Assembly: GCA_023396915.1 (NCBI GenBank)
Contig: JAEWUV010000007.1
Location: 146,077-210,076 of the forward strand
Origin: Candidatus Parcubacteria bacterium
Lineage (GTDB): Bacteria > Patescibacteriota > Microgenomatia > UBA12405
DNA: 64,000 nucleotides
Direction of reading: 5' to 3'
Position 1 is the first letter of the stretch. Every line of letters starts with the position of its first letter. Shown here in pieces: positions 47,411 to 57,901 of the stretch. The notes under the pieces are model-generated. The model had not been told where the DNA came from, made no database searches, and was given only the letters and a program-made list of their open reading frames with translations. Position numbers and translations under genes: made by a program.

Positions 47411-48474
47411 TCCTTTGTGGTGGCACTGGACCACGCCTTTGGCCTTTATCCCGAGCTTATCATCCAAAGCAATTCTTAAATCTTTTTGGTAAAAAAAGTC
47501 TTTTAGAACAAACCATTTCTAGAGCTCAAAAAATAGTTCCCTCAAAAAGAATCTTTATTATTTCTAACTATCGATACAACCCTATACTTGAAAAGTATGT
47601 CAGTAAAAAAATTCCCCGCCAAAATATCATTTACGAACCAGCCAAAAAAAATACTGCCATGGCCATTCTTTTAGCCACCTGTTTAATAAAAAAAATTGAT
47701 CCCAAAGCCACCATTAGTACAATGCCTTCAGATCATTATGTCAAACAAGTCCTTCGTTTCAGCCAAACCATAAATTTTGCCACCACCATAGCCAACAGAC
47801 ATCAACAAATAGTTACTATTGGCATCTCTCCAACTTTTCCCAACCCTTCCTTTGGCTACATTGTCCCTCAAAAGAAAAAACAACAACTTTCACAAGTCAA
47901 TCTTTTTATTGAAAAACCGGATATTGATACGGCTCAAACCTTAATCAAAAAAGGCGCTTTCTGGAATTCAGGTATCTACACTTTTTCTGTCGAAACCATG
48001 ATTAACGAATTCCAAAAACTTCAACCAGAGTTCAAACCAATTATAAAACAGCTTCTTTCATCAAGCTCAACTAAAACCATAAACAAAGTTTATAAACTTG
48101 CACCTAATATTCCTATCGACAAAGCTATTTCAGAAAAAACCAAAAGTATTATGGTAACTCCAATTAAATCAGATTGGAGTGACGTAGGAGAGTGGAAGGC
48201 TATTTACCAACATTTAACTCATGACAAATCTAATATTTCCAAACTTAACAAAGAAACAAACTTTCTACAAATAAATTCCAAAAATTGTCTAGTTTCATCT
48301 TCAAAAAATAAACTTGTGGGGTTGGTAGATGTTAATAATTTAGCTATAATCGATACACCCGATGGTCTTTTAATTTGTAATATTGCCCACGACGGCAGCG
48401 CTAAAGTCAAAGAAATTGTTCGTCAAATGGTAAAAAACAAAAAATATCAAAAATATTTTCTAAAAAAAATATGA
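47380..48474 (+). CDS. mannose-1-phosphate guanylyltransferase-like nucleotidyltransferase
   Basis: [26 protein letters not shown] (NTP_transferase G-x-G-T-R-L motif). Confidence 0.7.
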   Translation: [364 protein letters not shown]

Positions 48475-49112
48475 AAAACAGATTTTTCTTTAATGTTTTT
48501 AAACGTTGTTTAGACATTTTTGGTTCCATTTTCTTATTAATTCTTTTTTCTCCGGTCTTTCTGATAACTATTATCCTGATTAAAACAACTTCTTCTGGAC
48601 CAGTTTTTTTTAAACAAAAACGAGTCACCCGAAATGACAAAGAATTTTGGATGTATAAATTCCGATCTATGTATACTGGCGATAATGACAAAAGACTAAA
48701 AGAAAATTATCCTGAACTTTGGAAGAAATATAAAAATGCCGGATGGAAACTTCCTATGTCAGAAGACCCCAGAATTACTCCTATTGGAAAAGTTATTCGA
48801 GCTACCTCTATAGACGAATTTCCCCAACTTATAAATGTTCTTAAAGGAGAAATGAGTTTAATTGGACCCAGAGCCTATCGTGAAGAAGAACTCCAGGAAT
48901 ACGAAAAAAAATACCCTTCAACCAAAAAATACATCAAAGAGATTAGATCTGTAAAACCGGGTATCACCGGCCTTTGGCAAACCTCTGGCAGAAACGAACT
49001 CAACTTTGAACAAAGAGCTAAGCTTGATTCAAGATATATCCGCAATCAAAATATTTGGACAGAGATATTAATTATTCTTAAAACCCCCATGTCGATGATA
49101 TCTCGCTGGTAA
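48471..49112 (+). CDS. polyprenyl-phosphate sugar-1-phosphate transferase (initiating phosphoglycosyltransferase, WbaP/WcaJ C-domain type)
   Basis: DIFGSIFLLILFSPVFL...SGPVFFKQKRV...FRSM...PRITPIGKVIRATSIDEFPQLINVLKGEMSLIGPRA. Confidence 0.85.
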   Translation: MKNRFFFNVFKRCLDIFGSIFLLILFSPVFLITIILIKTTSSGPVFFKQKRVTRNDKEFWMYKFRSMYTGDNDKRLKENYPELWKKYKNAGWKLPMSEDPRITPIGKVIRATSIDEFPQLINVLKGEMSLIGPRAYREEELQEYEKKYPSTKKYIKEIRSVKPGITGLWQTSGRNELNFEQRAKLDSRYIRNQNIWTEILIILKTPMSMISRW

Positions 49113-49141
49113 ATTGTCAAATTATTGTTTAAACTTATTCT

Positions 49142-51067
49142 ATGGATTTATTTACCAAAGCCGCCAATACTTCTCCAAGTAAAAAAGTCAAAAAAAGCAG
49201 TAAGCGTCATATCTTAAAACCAGTCTTAATTATTCTTACCGTCATTTTAATAATCTTGGGTGGACTTTTCCTTTCTGCCTATTTTCCAACAAAAACTCTA
49301 CTTACTCAAATCGACTCAATTAAAAGCGAGGTGCAAAACCTCCAACAGTCAGTCAATAACAAAGATCTTGATCAAGCTAAAATTTCTCTTGATAATTTAA
49401 AAACTAAAATTAATGAAACTGAACAAACATATTCCAAACTTAAATTAATTGGTTCACTTCCCTATGTTAATCAATTTTACCAAGATGGACAGCAAGTATT
49501 AAAAATTGCCACAAACGCGTCAGAAACCGGAGAAATTTTAATCACCGCTATTGAACCTTACAAAGACTTTTTAGGTATCAAAGGTGGCGCCACCAGTAGC
49601 ACTGATACTACCGAAGATAGAATCGAATTCTTAACAAATTCGGTTGAAGGATTGATTCCGTATTTGGACACCATCGAAGCTAAAATAAAGGAAATTAATG
49701 ATTCAATTAGTCAAATCAACGCTTCCAAATATCCGGATGAATTCAGGGGAATAGTTTTAAAATCAAACATAATTAAAGCCCAAGAATTAACCGATCAAAT
49801 TTATAAATACGTCAAAGACGGTAAACCCTTATTAACCAAAATATCCTGGCTTTTGGGTAAAGACGCCCCCCGAAAATATCTTATGATTTTTCAAAATGAT
49901 GGCGAACTTAGACCCAGTGGAGGATTTTGGACAGCCTACAGCACTATCACTGTCAGTAACGGTAAGGTAACTCCGGGATCCGCTAGTAATATTTACGACC
50001 TCGACGATCTTATCGGCAGTCTGGGCAAATCTCCTAGACTTATTCAAAGCTATCATATCAATGTTCCTAATCTTTATCTCCGTGACAGTAATCTTTCTCC
50101 TGATTTTCCGACAGATGCTCAACTTTTTTTGGAAGAATACACCAAAGTTAAAAAAGGCGAATTTGATGCTGTTGTCGCCATTGACACCCAACTTTTAGTC
50201 GATATGGTTTCAGTCCTAGGCAAACTTGACACCCGTGTTGGCACTTTCACCACTGAACCGGATGCACGTTGTGATGGTTGCCCCCAGATTATTTATGAAA
50301 TGCAGTACATGTCCGGTCGCCCCCGTGATTATCTTGAAGCCAACCGCAAAGATTTCATGAACCCTCTTATGTCAGCCCTACTCGCCAATGTCATGGGTTC
50401 AGAAAAAAATAAAATGGGAGAATTAATGCAAGCTTTCTTTAAAGATATTAACGAAAAACATATCTTGGTCTATTTCCCCGATTCCGATATGCAACAAATT
50501 GGAAATTCCGCTAACATTACCGGGAAAATATTTGATATTGACTCTTCCGTTGATTACCTTCACTTAAATGATGCCAATTTCGCCTCAGCCAAAAGTAATA
50601 TGTTTATCACTCAAAAAATTAAACACAATATTGACATAAAAGCTGGAGTTGCTACTCACAAAATTTCTGTCACCTATACCAACTCTGCCGCCGGATCAAA
50701 TTGCAACTTAGAAAGGACTGACGGCCTCTGTCTTAATGCTTCTGTTTACCGTGACCTATTCCGTTTTTATACTCCTATCGGTTCCAAACTTATAAAAATG
50801 ACCGGATCTGAAGTGGAAACAGTCCAATATGAAGAGCTTAATAAACAAGTTTTTGAAGGCTTTTATGGAGACAAAACCGGTCTTAACCCAAAATCAAGCC
50901 TAATAACTTCAGTAGAATATACTTCAGGTGCCAAAATCGGATCTACTTACACCCTCATGCTTCAAAAACAACCTGGGACTAAAAGTGTGGAATACGATCT
51001 AACTATTAATGGTAAAAAACAAAGCTTTAACTGGACTGCTGATAAAACCATTAAGTTCTCTCTTTAA
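49142..51067 (+). CDS. DUF4012-like membrane-anchored protein
   Basis: N-terminal TM. KYLMIFQNDGELRPSGGFWTAYS resembles the DUF4012 motif. 641 aa. Confidence 0.5.
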   Translation: MDLFTKAANTSPSKKVKKSSKRHILKPVLIILTVILIILGGLFLSAYFPTKTLLTQIDSIKSEVQNLQQSVNNKDLDQAKISLDNLKTKINETEQTYSKLKLIGSLPYVNQFYQDGQQVLKIATNASETGEILITAIEPYKDFLGIKGGATSSTDTTEDRIEFLTNSVEGLIPYLDTIEAKIKEINDSISQINASKYPDEFRGIVLKSNIIKAQELTDQIYKYVKDGKPLLTKISWLLGKDAPRKYLMIFQNDGELRPSGGFWTAYSTITVSNGKVTPGSASNIYDLDDLIGSLGKSPRLIQSYHINVPNLYLRDSNLSPDFPTDAQLFLEEYTKVKKGEFDAVVAIDTQLLVDMVSVLGKLDTRVGTFTTEPDARCDGCPQIIYEMQYMSGRPRDYLEANRKDFMNPLMSALLANVMGSEKNKMGELMQAFFKDINEKHILVYFPDSDMQQIGNSANITGKIFDIDSSVDYLHLNDANFASAKSNMFITQKIKHNIDIKAGVATHKISVTYTNSAAGSNCNLERTDGLCLNASVYRDLFRFYTPIGSKLIKMTGSEVETVQYEELNKQVFEGFYGDKTGLNPKSSLITSVEYTSGAKIGSTYTLMLQKQPGTKSVEYDLTINGKKQSFNWTADKTIKFSL

Positions 51068-51627
51068 TGCAAAAGTATCAATCAACTTTGGGTATTGTTA
51101 TTAACAAAAAAACTTCCAAAGAATCAGACCTGGTTATCACACTTTTAACCCCACATTTAGGCAAAATTATTTCCCTAGCCAAAGGAGCCAAAAATATCAA
51201 AAGCACCCGGTTGGGAAATCTCCAACTAGGCAATACTATCAAAGTTCAACTTTATCAAAAAGATGATTTTAATTGGATATCTGACTCCCAAAATATTTCT
51301 CCTTTTCTTCAAAACCCCAAAAATCTAGCCCAATTAAATCTACTTTTTTATTTTCTGGAAATTGTTAACCAATTAATTGCCGAAAACCAACAAATAGAAC
51401 ACATTTTCGAAATTTCTCAAAACATTATTAATTCCATCAACAAAAATCAAGTTCCTTCATATATTCAAAATGAAATTAAATTTTTAGAAATTTTAGGGTT
51501 CGGTTTACCTGACGAAATCAAACAAAGTTTTTTTAAAAAAGACTACAAAACCAGTCAAAAACTCATTCAACGCTTCTTTGAATCTATTGCCGAAAAACCC
51601 CTCCAAAGCAACAAACTATTTAAATAA
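51067..51627 (+). CDS. recO: DNA repair protein RecO (short form)
   Basis: LGIVINKKTSKESDLVITLLTPHLGKIISLAKGAKNIKS matches the RecO N-terminal OB-fold region. Confidence 0.55.
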   Translation: MQKYQSTLGIVINKKTSKESDLVITLLTPHLGKIISLAKGAKNIKSTRLGNLQLGNTIKVQLYQKDDFNWISDSQNISPFLQNPKNLAQLNLLFYFLEIVNQLIAENQQIEHIFEISQNIINSINKNQVPSYIQNEIKFLEILGFGLPDEIKQSFFKKDYKTSQKLIQRFFESIAEKPLQSNKLFK

Positions 51628-52906
51628 AAATATGCTTTTCTCGTGATTCCTGTTTCTTCCACTTCGGGTGTTGACGACTACATATTTCTATTTCATGAGC
51701 CGCAATTTCTGCCTTTCTTTTAGCTTTTTCAACATCTTTATCAATTGCCAAGACCACTCCCATTCGTCTGTTTATATGTGCTTCATTTTTACCAAAAAGT
51801 AAAACCGTAACTCCTTGCGTTTTTAAAGCTTTATCAATATTTTTACAACCTATATCATCACCCTCAACCGGGGACAAAATCACATGTGAAGCCGCTGGAC
51901 TAATAATTGGAATTAAATCAAAACCCAAATGCTTTTCAGTCGGAATTGGTAATCCAGTTATGGCTTTAACATGCAATGCTGCCTCAGAAAACCCAATTTG
52001 GTGTGAGGCAAAAGTCACCATGCCGGTATCATGTGGTCGGGGACTACATTCATTGGCCCAAACCATATCACCTTTAACAAACAACTCACAACCAAAAACA
52101 CCCACTCCACCCAAAGCATCAGTAATTTTTTTAGCAATTTGGTAAACTTTCTTTTCTGCCTTTTTACTAATATCCGCCATTTGCCAACTGGAATGATAAT
52201 CACCACCTCTGGTTTGATATTGCCCGATAGGATGGCAAAAAGCTGTTTTTACCTTACCCTCCTCATAATGTCTTACCACCAACTCAGTTATTTCTATATC
52301 AAAATCAATATTCTTCTCTACAATTAACTTATCTGATGATCCACGAGCTTCTTTATGTGCCTTTTCATAGGCCCCTTTAATATCCTCCTCTGTCTTAACT
52401 TTACTTGAGCCACTGCCGGAAGAATCCTGAATTGCTTTTACCCAACAAGGAAAACCGGCCTTCTTACAAGCTTGTCTTAATTCATCCAAAGAACCGACAT
52501 AAAAATATTCCGATACCGGCACCCCGGTTTTTACAATCAACTCCCTAATTCGTTCACGTTGCATGGCAGTGTAAACAGCCCTAGCATTAGGAACAACATT
52601 AAACCCCTCTTTTTCCAAATCAAATAAAACATCTAAATTAATTGCTTCAATTTCCGGAACAATATAATCTGGTTTCTCTTTTTTAATCACTGATTTTAAA
52701 AATTTTGCCTCCCGCATATCACCGGTATAAAACTTATGAGCCACTTGCTGACCCGGAGCGCCTTCATATCTATCCACTGCTACAGTAAAAAAACCTAGTC
52801 TCATCGCCTCTATAATTATTTCTTTACCTAGCTCCCCAGACCCTAAAAGCATTATTTTAGTCGCCTTTTTAGATAGGGGAGAAAAAATAGTATCTCTTTG
52901 TTTCAT
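51620..52906 (-). CDS. purT: formate-dependent phosphoribosylglycinamide formyltransferase (PurT, ATP-grasp)
   Basis: KIMLLGSGELGKEIIIEAMRLGFFTVAVDRYEGAP...KPDYIVPEIEAI aligns closely with E. coli PurT. Confidence 0.8.
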   Translation of the reverse strand: MKQRDTIFSPLSKKATKIMLLGSGELGKEIIIEAMRLGFFTVAVDRYEGAPGQQVAHKFYTGDMREAKFLKSVIKKEKPDYIVPEIEAINLDVLFDLEKEGFNVVPNARAVYTAMQRERIRELIVKTGVPVSEYFYVGSLDELRQACKKAGFPCWVKAIQDSSGSGSSKVKTEEDIKGAYEKAHKEARGSSDKLIVEKNIDFDIEITELVVRHYEEGKVKTAFCHPIGQYQTRGGDYHSSWQMADISKKAEKKVYQIAKKITDALGGVGVFGCELFVKGDMVWANECSPRPHDTGMVTFASHQIGFSEAALHVKAITGLPIPTEKHLGFDLIPIISPAASHVILSPVEGDDIGCKNIDKALKTQGVTVLLFGKNEAHINRRMGVVLAIDKDVEKAKRKAEIAAHEIEICSRQHPKWKKQESREKHIFI

Positions 52907-52907
52907 A

Positions 52908-53438
52908 TTAAAGATTATCTAAAATAAATTTTACTCTCTTCTCAATTGACATTTTAGGCACATATACCACATCCATTCCCAAACTCTTGTAATCGCGTAT
53001 CAGAAAATCTTCTAATTCTTGCGCTTCTTTGGCATTTTCTAATCTGGCATAATCCTTTTGGTAATCCAACAATTGGAATAAAAAAACTTTCTTATAACTA
53101 CACGTTTTTAATGCCTCTTTTAATAATTCATCGCATTTGATTCCACAAGACTGGTCGTAATAAGACAATGTATCGGGAATACCTCTTTCTATAAAAATTA
53201 ACTCGTCTTTAGGAAACTCTTTCTCTTTTTCAATTTTCAATTCCAATATTTTTTTCTGAAATAAATGTTCATCTTTTCTCATTTCTTCCAACGTTTTCCC
53301 ATTTTTTAATTCCTGTTCAATCCAAAATCTGGCTGTTTCATATTCCACTCTATAACCCAACTTTTTTATCTCATCCAAAGTAGTCGTCTTGCCAGAACAC
53401 GGGCCACCGGTGATTACGTACCAATTATTGTTTTTCAT
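52908..53438 (-). CDS. P-loop ATPase, AAA_28/NadR-like nucleoside kinase family
   Basis: WYVITGGPCSGKTTTLDEI Walker A, 176 aa. Confidence 0.5.
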   Translation of the reverse strand: MKNNNWYVITGGPCSGKTTTLDEIKKLGYRVEYETARFWIEQELKNGKTLEEMRKDEHLFQKKILELKIEKEKEFPKDELIFIERGIPDTLSYYDQSCGIKCDELLKEALKTCSYKKVFLFQLLDYQKDYARLENAKEAQELEDFLIRDYKSLGMDVVYVPKMSIEKRVKFILDNL

Positions 53439-54241
53439 TTTTGTTTAAAATATTCCACTGCATTTTTAAATACTTGCAAAGCTAAACCGTAATAAGGCAA
53501 TTTTTTATTTTTTCTTTTTGCCTCTTCTTTAAACCAGGTCCATTTTGGTGATTGAGTCAAAAATATTGCTCTTTCAGGGTGGGGCATTAGACCTAAAATT
53601 CTTCCACTTTCATCGGTAATTCCGGCAATATCTAAAAGAGAACCGTTTGGATTCGCCTCCAAATCATGATAATCACAAATTTCACCTTTGACATATTTCA
53701 AAGCTATTAAATTTTTCTTCTTTAGCTCTGCCAAAGTTTTTTCATCAGCATAAAATCTTCCCTCACCATGGGCAATTGCCGCCGAAAACCCATCTAAATC
53801 TTTTAACCAACAAGAATCATTCGTCACTTTTAAATCCACCCATCTGGTCATATACCGAGCTGTTTTATTAAAAAGTAATTCCACTTGCTGTTCTCCATAT
53901 TTTCCATTTAGTGCTGGTAATAAACCTAGTCTGGTTAAAACCTGGAAACCATTACAAATTCCAATTATCAAACCACCACTTTTAACAAAATTTTTTACAT
54001 CCTTCCATAAATGATTTTTTACTTTTTGGGCAAAAGCATTTCCCGAACCGGTATCATCTCCATAAGAAAAACCACCCGGAACAGCCAATATTTGATAATC
54101 CTTTATTTTTTTAAGACCAATAATCAAATCATTTACATGGACAACTTCTGCCTCAGCCCCAGCCAAATCAAAAGCAAATTTTGTTTCCTCTTCACAATTT
54201 AAACCATAACCGGAAAAAACCAAAACTTTAACTTTTTTCAT
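53435..54241 (-). CDS. purQ: phosphoribosylformylglycinamidine synthase glutaminase subunit
   Basis: KVLVFSGYGLNCEEE, GICNGFQVL, AHGEGRFY. Confidence 0.8.
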   Translation of the reverse strand: MKKVKVLVFSGYGLNCEEETKFAFDLAGAEAEVVHVNDLIIGLKKIKDYQILAVPGGFSYGDDTGSGNAFAQKVKNHLWKDVKNFVKSGGLIIGICNGFQVLTRLGLLPALNGKYGEQQVELLFNKTARYMTRWVDLKVTNDSCWLKDLDGFSAAIAHGEGRFYADEKTLAELKKKNLIALKYVKGEICDYHDLEANPNGSLLDIAGITDESGRILGLMPHPERAIFLTQSPKWTWFKEEAKRKNKKLPYYGLALQVFKNAVEYFKQK

Positions 54242-54242
54242 A

Positions 54243-57146
54243 TTAAAAATTTTTAAATGGCAACCTATAAGCCTTAAGCATTTCTTTGACTTTATTAGTC
54301 AAAATCCTTTTAGTTTTATTTCTAACTATAAAATCATCACCTCTAACCTGACCTAAATAATGTTGATTGTTTCCCATATTTTTCTCAAATTCTTTTCTAT
54401 TTTTAGAGTCAACTGAAACTAAAATACAACCCTGATTTTCAGCCAATAAAATATCTTCTAGTTTTAGTCCATTCGTCAACAGGGGAGACAAATCAATATC
54501 CACTCCTAACATCCCTGCCATTGAAGTTTTAGCCAAAGCCATTAGCAAACCTCCTCTTTCAATACTTACCGCTGACGCTATTAATTCTTTTTTAGTACAA
54601 CCATAAAAATTTCTATATAATTTCAAATTTCTTTTAGCGTCAACCTTCGGTACTTCTCCATATCTAGTTTCAAAATTTCCCAAAACATAAAGCAAATCAC
54701 CTTCAAATTTAGAATCAATTGAAACCACTTTATTAATATCATCCACTACTGATATGGATGAAATTAAAAGTGTTGGAGGTACCGATATTTTTAACTCTTT
54801 ACTGTTTTTATCATACCCAAAAAAATCATTAAACATACTATCTTTCCCCGATATAAACGGTGTTCCCAAAGCAACGGCAAAATCATAAGCCGCCTGAGTT
54901 GACTGTTTCAATTGGCCTAATCTTTTTGGATTTTTTGAATCACACCAACAAAAATTATCCAAAATTGCCACTTTGTCCGGGTTTGCTCCTACCGCTACTA
55001 AATTTCTTACTGCCGTATCTACAGCACAAGCCGTCATCCAATAAACATCCCTATTGGCATATTCCGGATACAAACTTGACGACAAAGCCACTCCTTTTTT
55101 AGAATCCAAAACCGGTCTAAACACCGAAGTAGAAGCATTGATTCTACCCCTTCCCTGTAAAGGTTTTAACACACTTCCACCGCCAACCTCGTGATCATAC
55201 TGAGAAGATAAAAATTCAAATCCGGCTAAATTCAAATCTTTCAACATGTTTATTACTTTTTTATTCCAATCTTTCACTTTTTCAAACTTTATTTTTTCAC
55301 TAAAATCAGGGCTTTGAGTTATCATCGGTCTTGGAGGTAAACCATCGTGCAAAAAATCCATTGTTAAATCCAATACTTTTTTATCTTTAAATTTACACAC
55401 GCATCGTCCGCTTTTGGTAAATTTACCAATCACACTTGCTTCCACCCCCCGTCTTTTCATTAATTCTTCAAACTTTTTCCATTTATTTTTCGGTACCGCC
55501 AAAGTCATTCTCTCCTGCGACTCAGAAATCCAAATTTGCCATGGTTCTAATCCCGGATATTTTAAAGGCACTTTGTCCAAATTAACTTCACAACCACCGG
55601 CTTCCCGGGCCATCTCTGCTACCGAAGACGACAATCCCCCGGCCCCATCATCAGTAATACTGGTATATAAACCCAAATTCCTGGCTTCTTTTATCAAAGC
55701 ATCACTCATCTTTTTTTGAGTAATTGGATCCCCAATTTGAACTGCTGTTGCTGGACTCCCTGAACTTAACAACTCCGATGAAAAAGTTGCTCCATGAATT
55801 CCGTCTTTACCCACTCTACCCCCCACCATTACTATCAAATCGCCCGAATTTGCTTTCTTCTCATACATTTTTTTCTTCCCCATCTTTTTGGGAATTAACC
55901 CCACAGTACCGCAAAAAACCAAAGGTTTTCCTCTATAATTTTTATCAAAATACAAAAATCCATGTTCTGTCGGAATACCTGACTGGTTTCCTCCTTGATT
56001 TACTCCATTAACTACTCCATCCATAATTCTTCTAGCTGACAACATTTTCTGAGTTAATTTTTTATCTCTAAAAAGTTCGCTTTCATCACTTGGGCTCGCC
56101 AAACAATAACCATAAACATTAGCTACTGGTTTTGCCCCCATCCCAAAACCCATTGCATCCCGGTTAACCCCTACAATTCCGGTAATCGCTCCACCAAAAG
56201 GATCCAAAGCTGATGGGCTATTATGAGTTTCCGTTTTATGGCTGATCAAATAATTTTCATCAAACTCTATCGCCCCTGAATTATCCTTAAACACCGACAC
56301 ACAAAAATCATTTTTACCTTTATTTTCTCTAACTTTTTCAGTTGCCGCCCTAATATGTGCTTTAAATAAACCCTTGTCAATTTCATCGATCTTATTGGCA
56401 AAAATTGTATGCTTGCAATGTTCCGACCAGGTTTGAGCAATTGTTTCTAATTCAATATCAGTTGGGTTTCTTTTTTCTTTTCTAAAATAATTAGCAATCG
56501 CTTTCATATAGGTTAAATCCAAAGCTAACGGCCCTCGACTTACCCCATTCTCATCCAAAATTCCCTCTTTACCTAACTTTACTAATTCATCATCGCTCTT
56601 TTTTTCCAAATCAATTTCTAACACTTTAAACTTATCGTTTAAATTAACTTTCGGGATCACCACACCCATCCCTTTATCTTTTTTGTATTCACTAAAACTT
56701 TTTATTACCGCCCTTTGTATTAACGGGTTATACAACCGCTGTGCCATTTCCTCAATTTCTTTTTTAGAAAGTTTTCCATCAACAAAAGTTATTTGAGAAG
56801 AGTACCACCCTTCACTTTTACCAAACTTTACTTTCAATAAATCCTCAATCATTTCCTTGGCACTATTAGCTACATTATCAGTCACTCCGGGTAAATAACC
56901 AATCTCTATCGCCCAGGAAAAATCTTTTGGACAAATCCTGTCTCCGGTTATTTGGCTTACCTTACTCGACAAGGCTGATGCTATTTTAGATAAATCTTTC
57001 TTTAAGAACTTTTTATCAACAGTGTGGACGTCGACAATAACTAAATCCGTTATCTTAGGGAAAAAACTCAAATCACTTAAACTTTTTTTTCTGACGGCAG
57101 CTCGGGTATCTTCTATTTTTGATCCTATTTCTATGCGTACTGCCAT
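54243..57146 (-). CDS. purL: phosphoribosylformylglycinamidine synthase (PurL), probably with fused N-terminal PurS-like domain
   Basis: 967 aa. AIR-synthase-related domains. N-terminal ~80 aa resemble PurS. Confidence 0.7.
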   Translation of the reverse strand: MAVRIEIGSKIEDTRAAVRKKSLSDLSFFPKITDLVIVDVHTVDKKFLKKDLSKIASALSSKVSQITGDRICPKDFSWAIEIGYLPGVTDNVANSAKEMIEDLLKVKFGKSEGWYSSQITFVDGKLSKKEIEEMAQRLYNPLIQRAVIKSFSEYKKDKGMGVVIPKVNLNDKFKVLEIDLEKKSDDELVKLGKEGILDENGVSRGPLALDLTYMKAIANYFRKEKRNPTDIELETIAQTWSEHCKHTIFANKIDEIDKGLFKAHIRAATEKVRENKGKNDFCVSVFKDNSGAIEFDENYLISHKTETHNSPSALDPFGGAITGIVGVNRDAMGFGMGAKPVANVYGYCLASPSDESELFRDKKLTQKMLSARRIMDGVVNGVNQGGNQSGIPTEHGFLYFDKNYRGKPLVFCGTVGLIPKKMGKKKMYEKKANSGDLIVMVGGRVGKDGIHGATFSSELLSSGSPATAVQIGDPITQKKMSDALIKEARNLGLYTSITDDGAGGLSSSVAEMAREAGGCEVNLDKVPLKYPGLEPWQIWISESQERMTLAVPKNKWKKFEELMKRRGVEASVIGKFTKSGRCVCKFKDKKVLDLTMDFLHDGLPPRPMITQSPDFSEKIKFEKVKDWNKKVINMLKDLNLAGFEFLSSQYDHEVGGGSVLKPLQGRGRINASTSVFRPVLDSKKGVALSSSLYPEYANRDVYWMTACAVDTAVRNLVAVGANPDKVAILDNFCWCDSKNPKRLGQLKQSTQAAYDFAVALGTPFISGKDSMFNDFFGYDKNSKELKISVPPTLLISSISVVDDINKVVSIDSKFEGDLLYVLGNFETRYGEVPKVDAKRNLKLYRNFYGCTKKELIASAVSIERGGLLMALAKTSMAGMLGVDIDLSPLLTNGLKLEDILLAENQGCILVSVDSKNRKEFEKNMGNNQHYLGQVRGDDFIVRNKTKRILTNKVKEMLKAYRLPFKNF

Positions 57147-57201
57147 CTACAAGAACAATTATATGTAAAAAACCTCAAAAATAAACCACTCAAATTACTT
57201 T

Positions 57202-57849
57202 TTATTCGCTACTAAGACCACCTACCAAATTCCCATATCGCAAACTAACTTCCAATTTCAAATTATTACCAACTAAACAGCCTCCGTCGTTAAAAGAAAC
57301 TCTTCTAATTTTCATTGCCTCTTCAATTAAAGGCTTTTTATCAGCAGAAAAAAAAGTATTATGTAAAAAGTTGTCGTTCTTACCTGAATCACAACCTCTC
57401 TCAGAATAAACTCTCCTCAATCCATCAATCAAAACTCCCATTGCATCTCTATAATGAAACATTAAAATATCTCTCCTTTCCTCAGAACAAACATCTTCAT
57501 CTATCTCATCTTTTGTAACTCTTACCACCATTTCCGCGTCTAATATCAAAGCCATATTTCTCACTATATAATTCATTCCTGAGTGTTCCGGAGCATATCT
57601 TCCGATAAAAGAATCAACACCTTCATCCTTATACCCATCTTTTTTAGCAGAAGTTCTGCAATATCTATGAAAAGGTAAATCAAACCCCAAATCAACCAAT
57701 AAGTCCAAATATCTTCTCGCTTTATCTTCAATAGGTATCTCCTTATTCGCCGCATTAACGACAACAAAGGAAGAAGAACCATCACCTGCACTTCGTTCTA
57801 TATGATTTCTCATGTAACGGTACAATACCACTTTAAAATTCTCTGTCAA
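57202..57849 (-). CDS. hypothetical protein (215 aa), unknown function
   Basis: Only long ORF in the interval. Has a VVVNAANKE segment but lacks the following GGGV of macro domains. Confidence 0.35.
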   Translation of the reverse strand: MTENFKVVLYRYMRNHIERSAGDGSSSFVVVNAANKEIPIEDKARRYLDLLVDLGFDLPFHRYCRTSAKKDGYKDEGVDSFIGRYAPEHSGMNYIVRNMALILDAEMVVRVTKDEIDEDVCSEERRDILMFHYRDAMGVLIDGLRRVYSERGCDSGKNDNFLHNTFFSADKKPLIEEAMKIRRVSFNDGGCLVGNNLKLEVSLRYGNLVGGLSSE

Positions 57850-57901
57850 CCCAACTTCTATTCCATAACAATCTCCAACTTAAGTACGCTATAATACTTT
57901 C

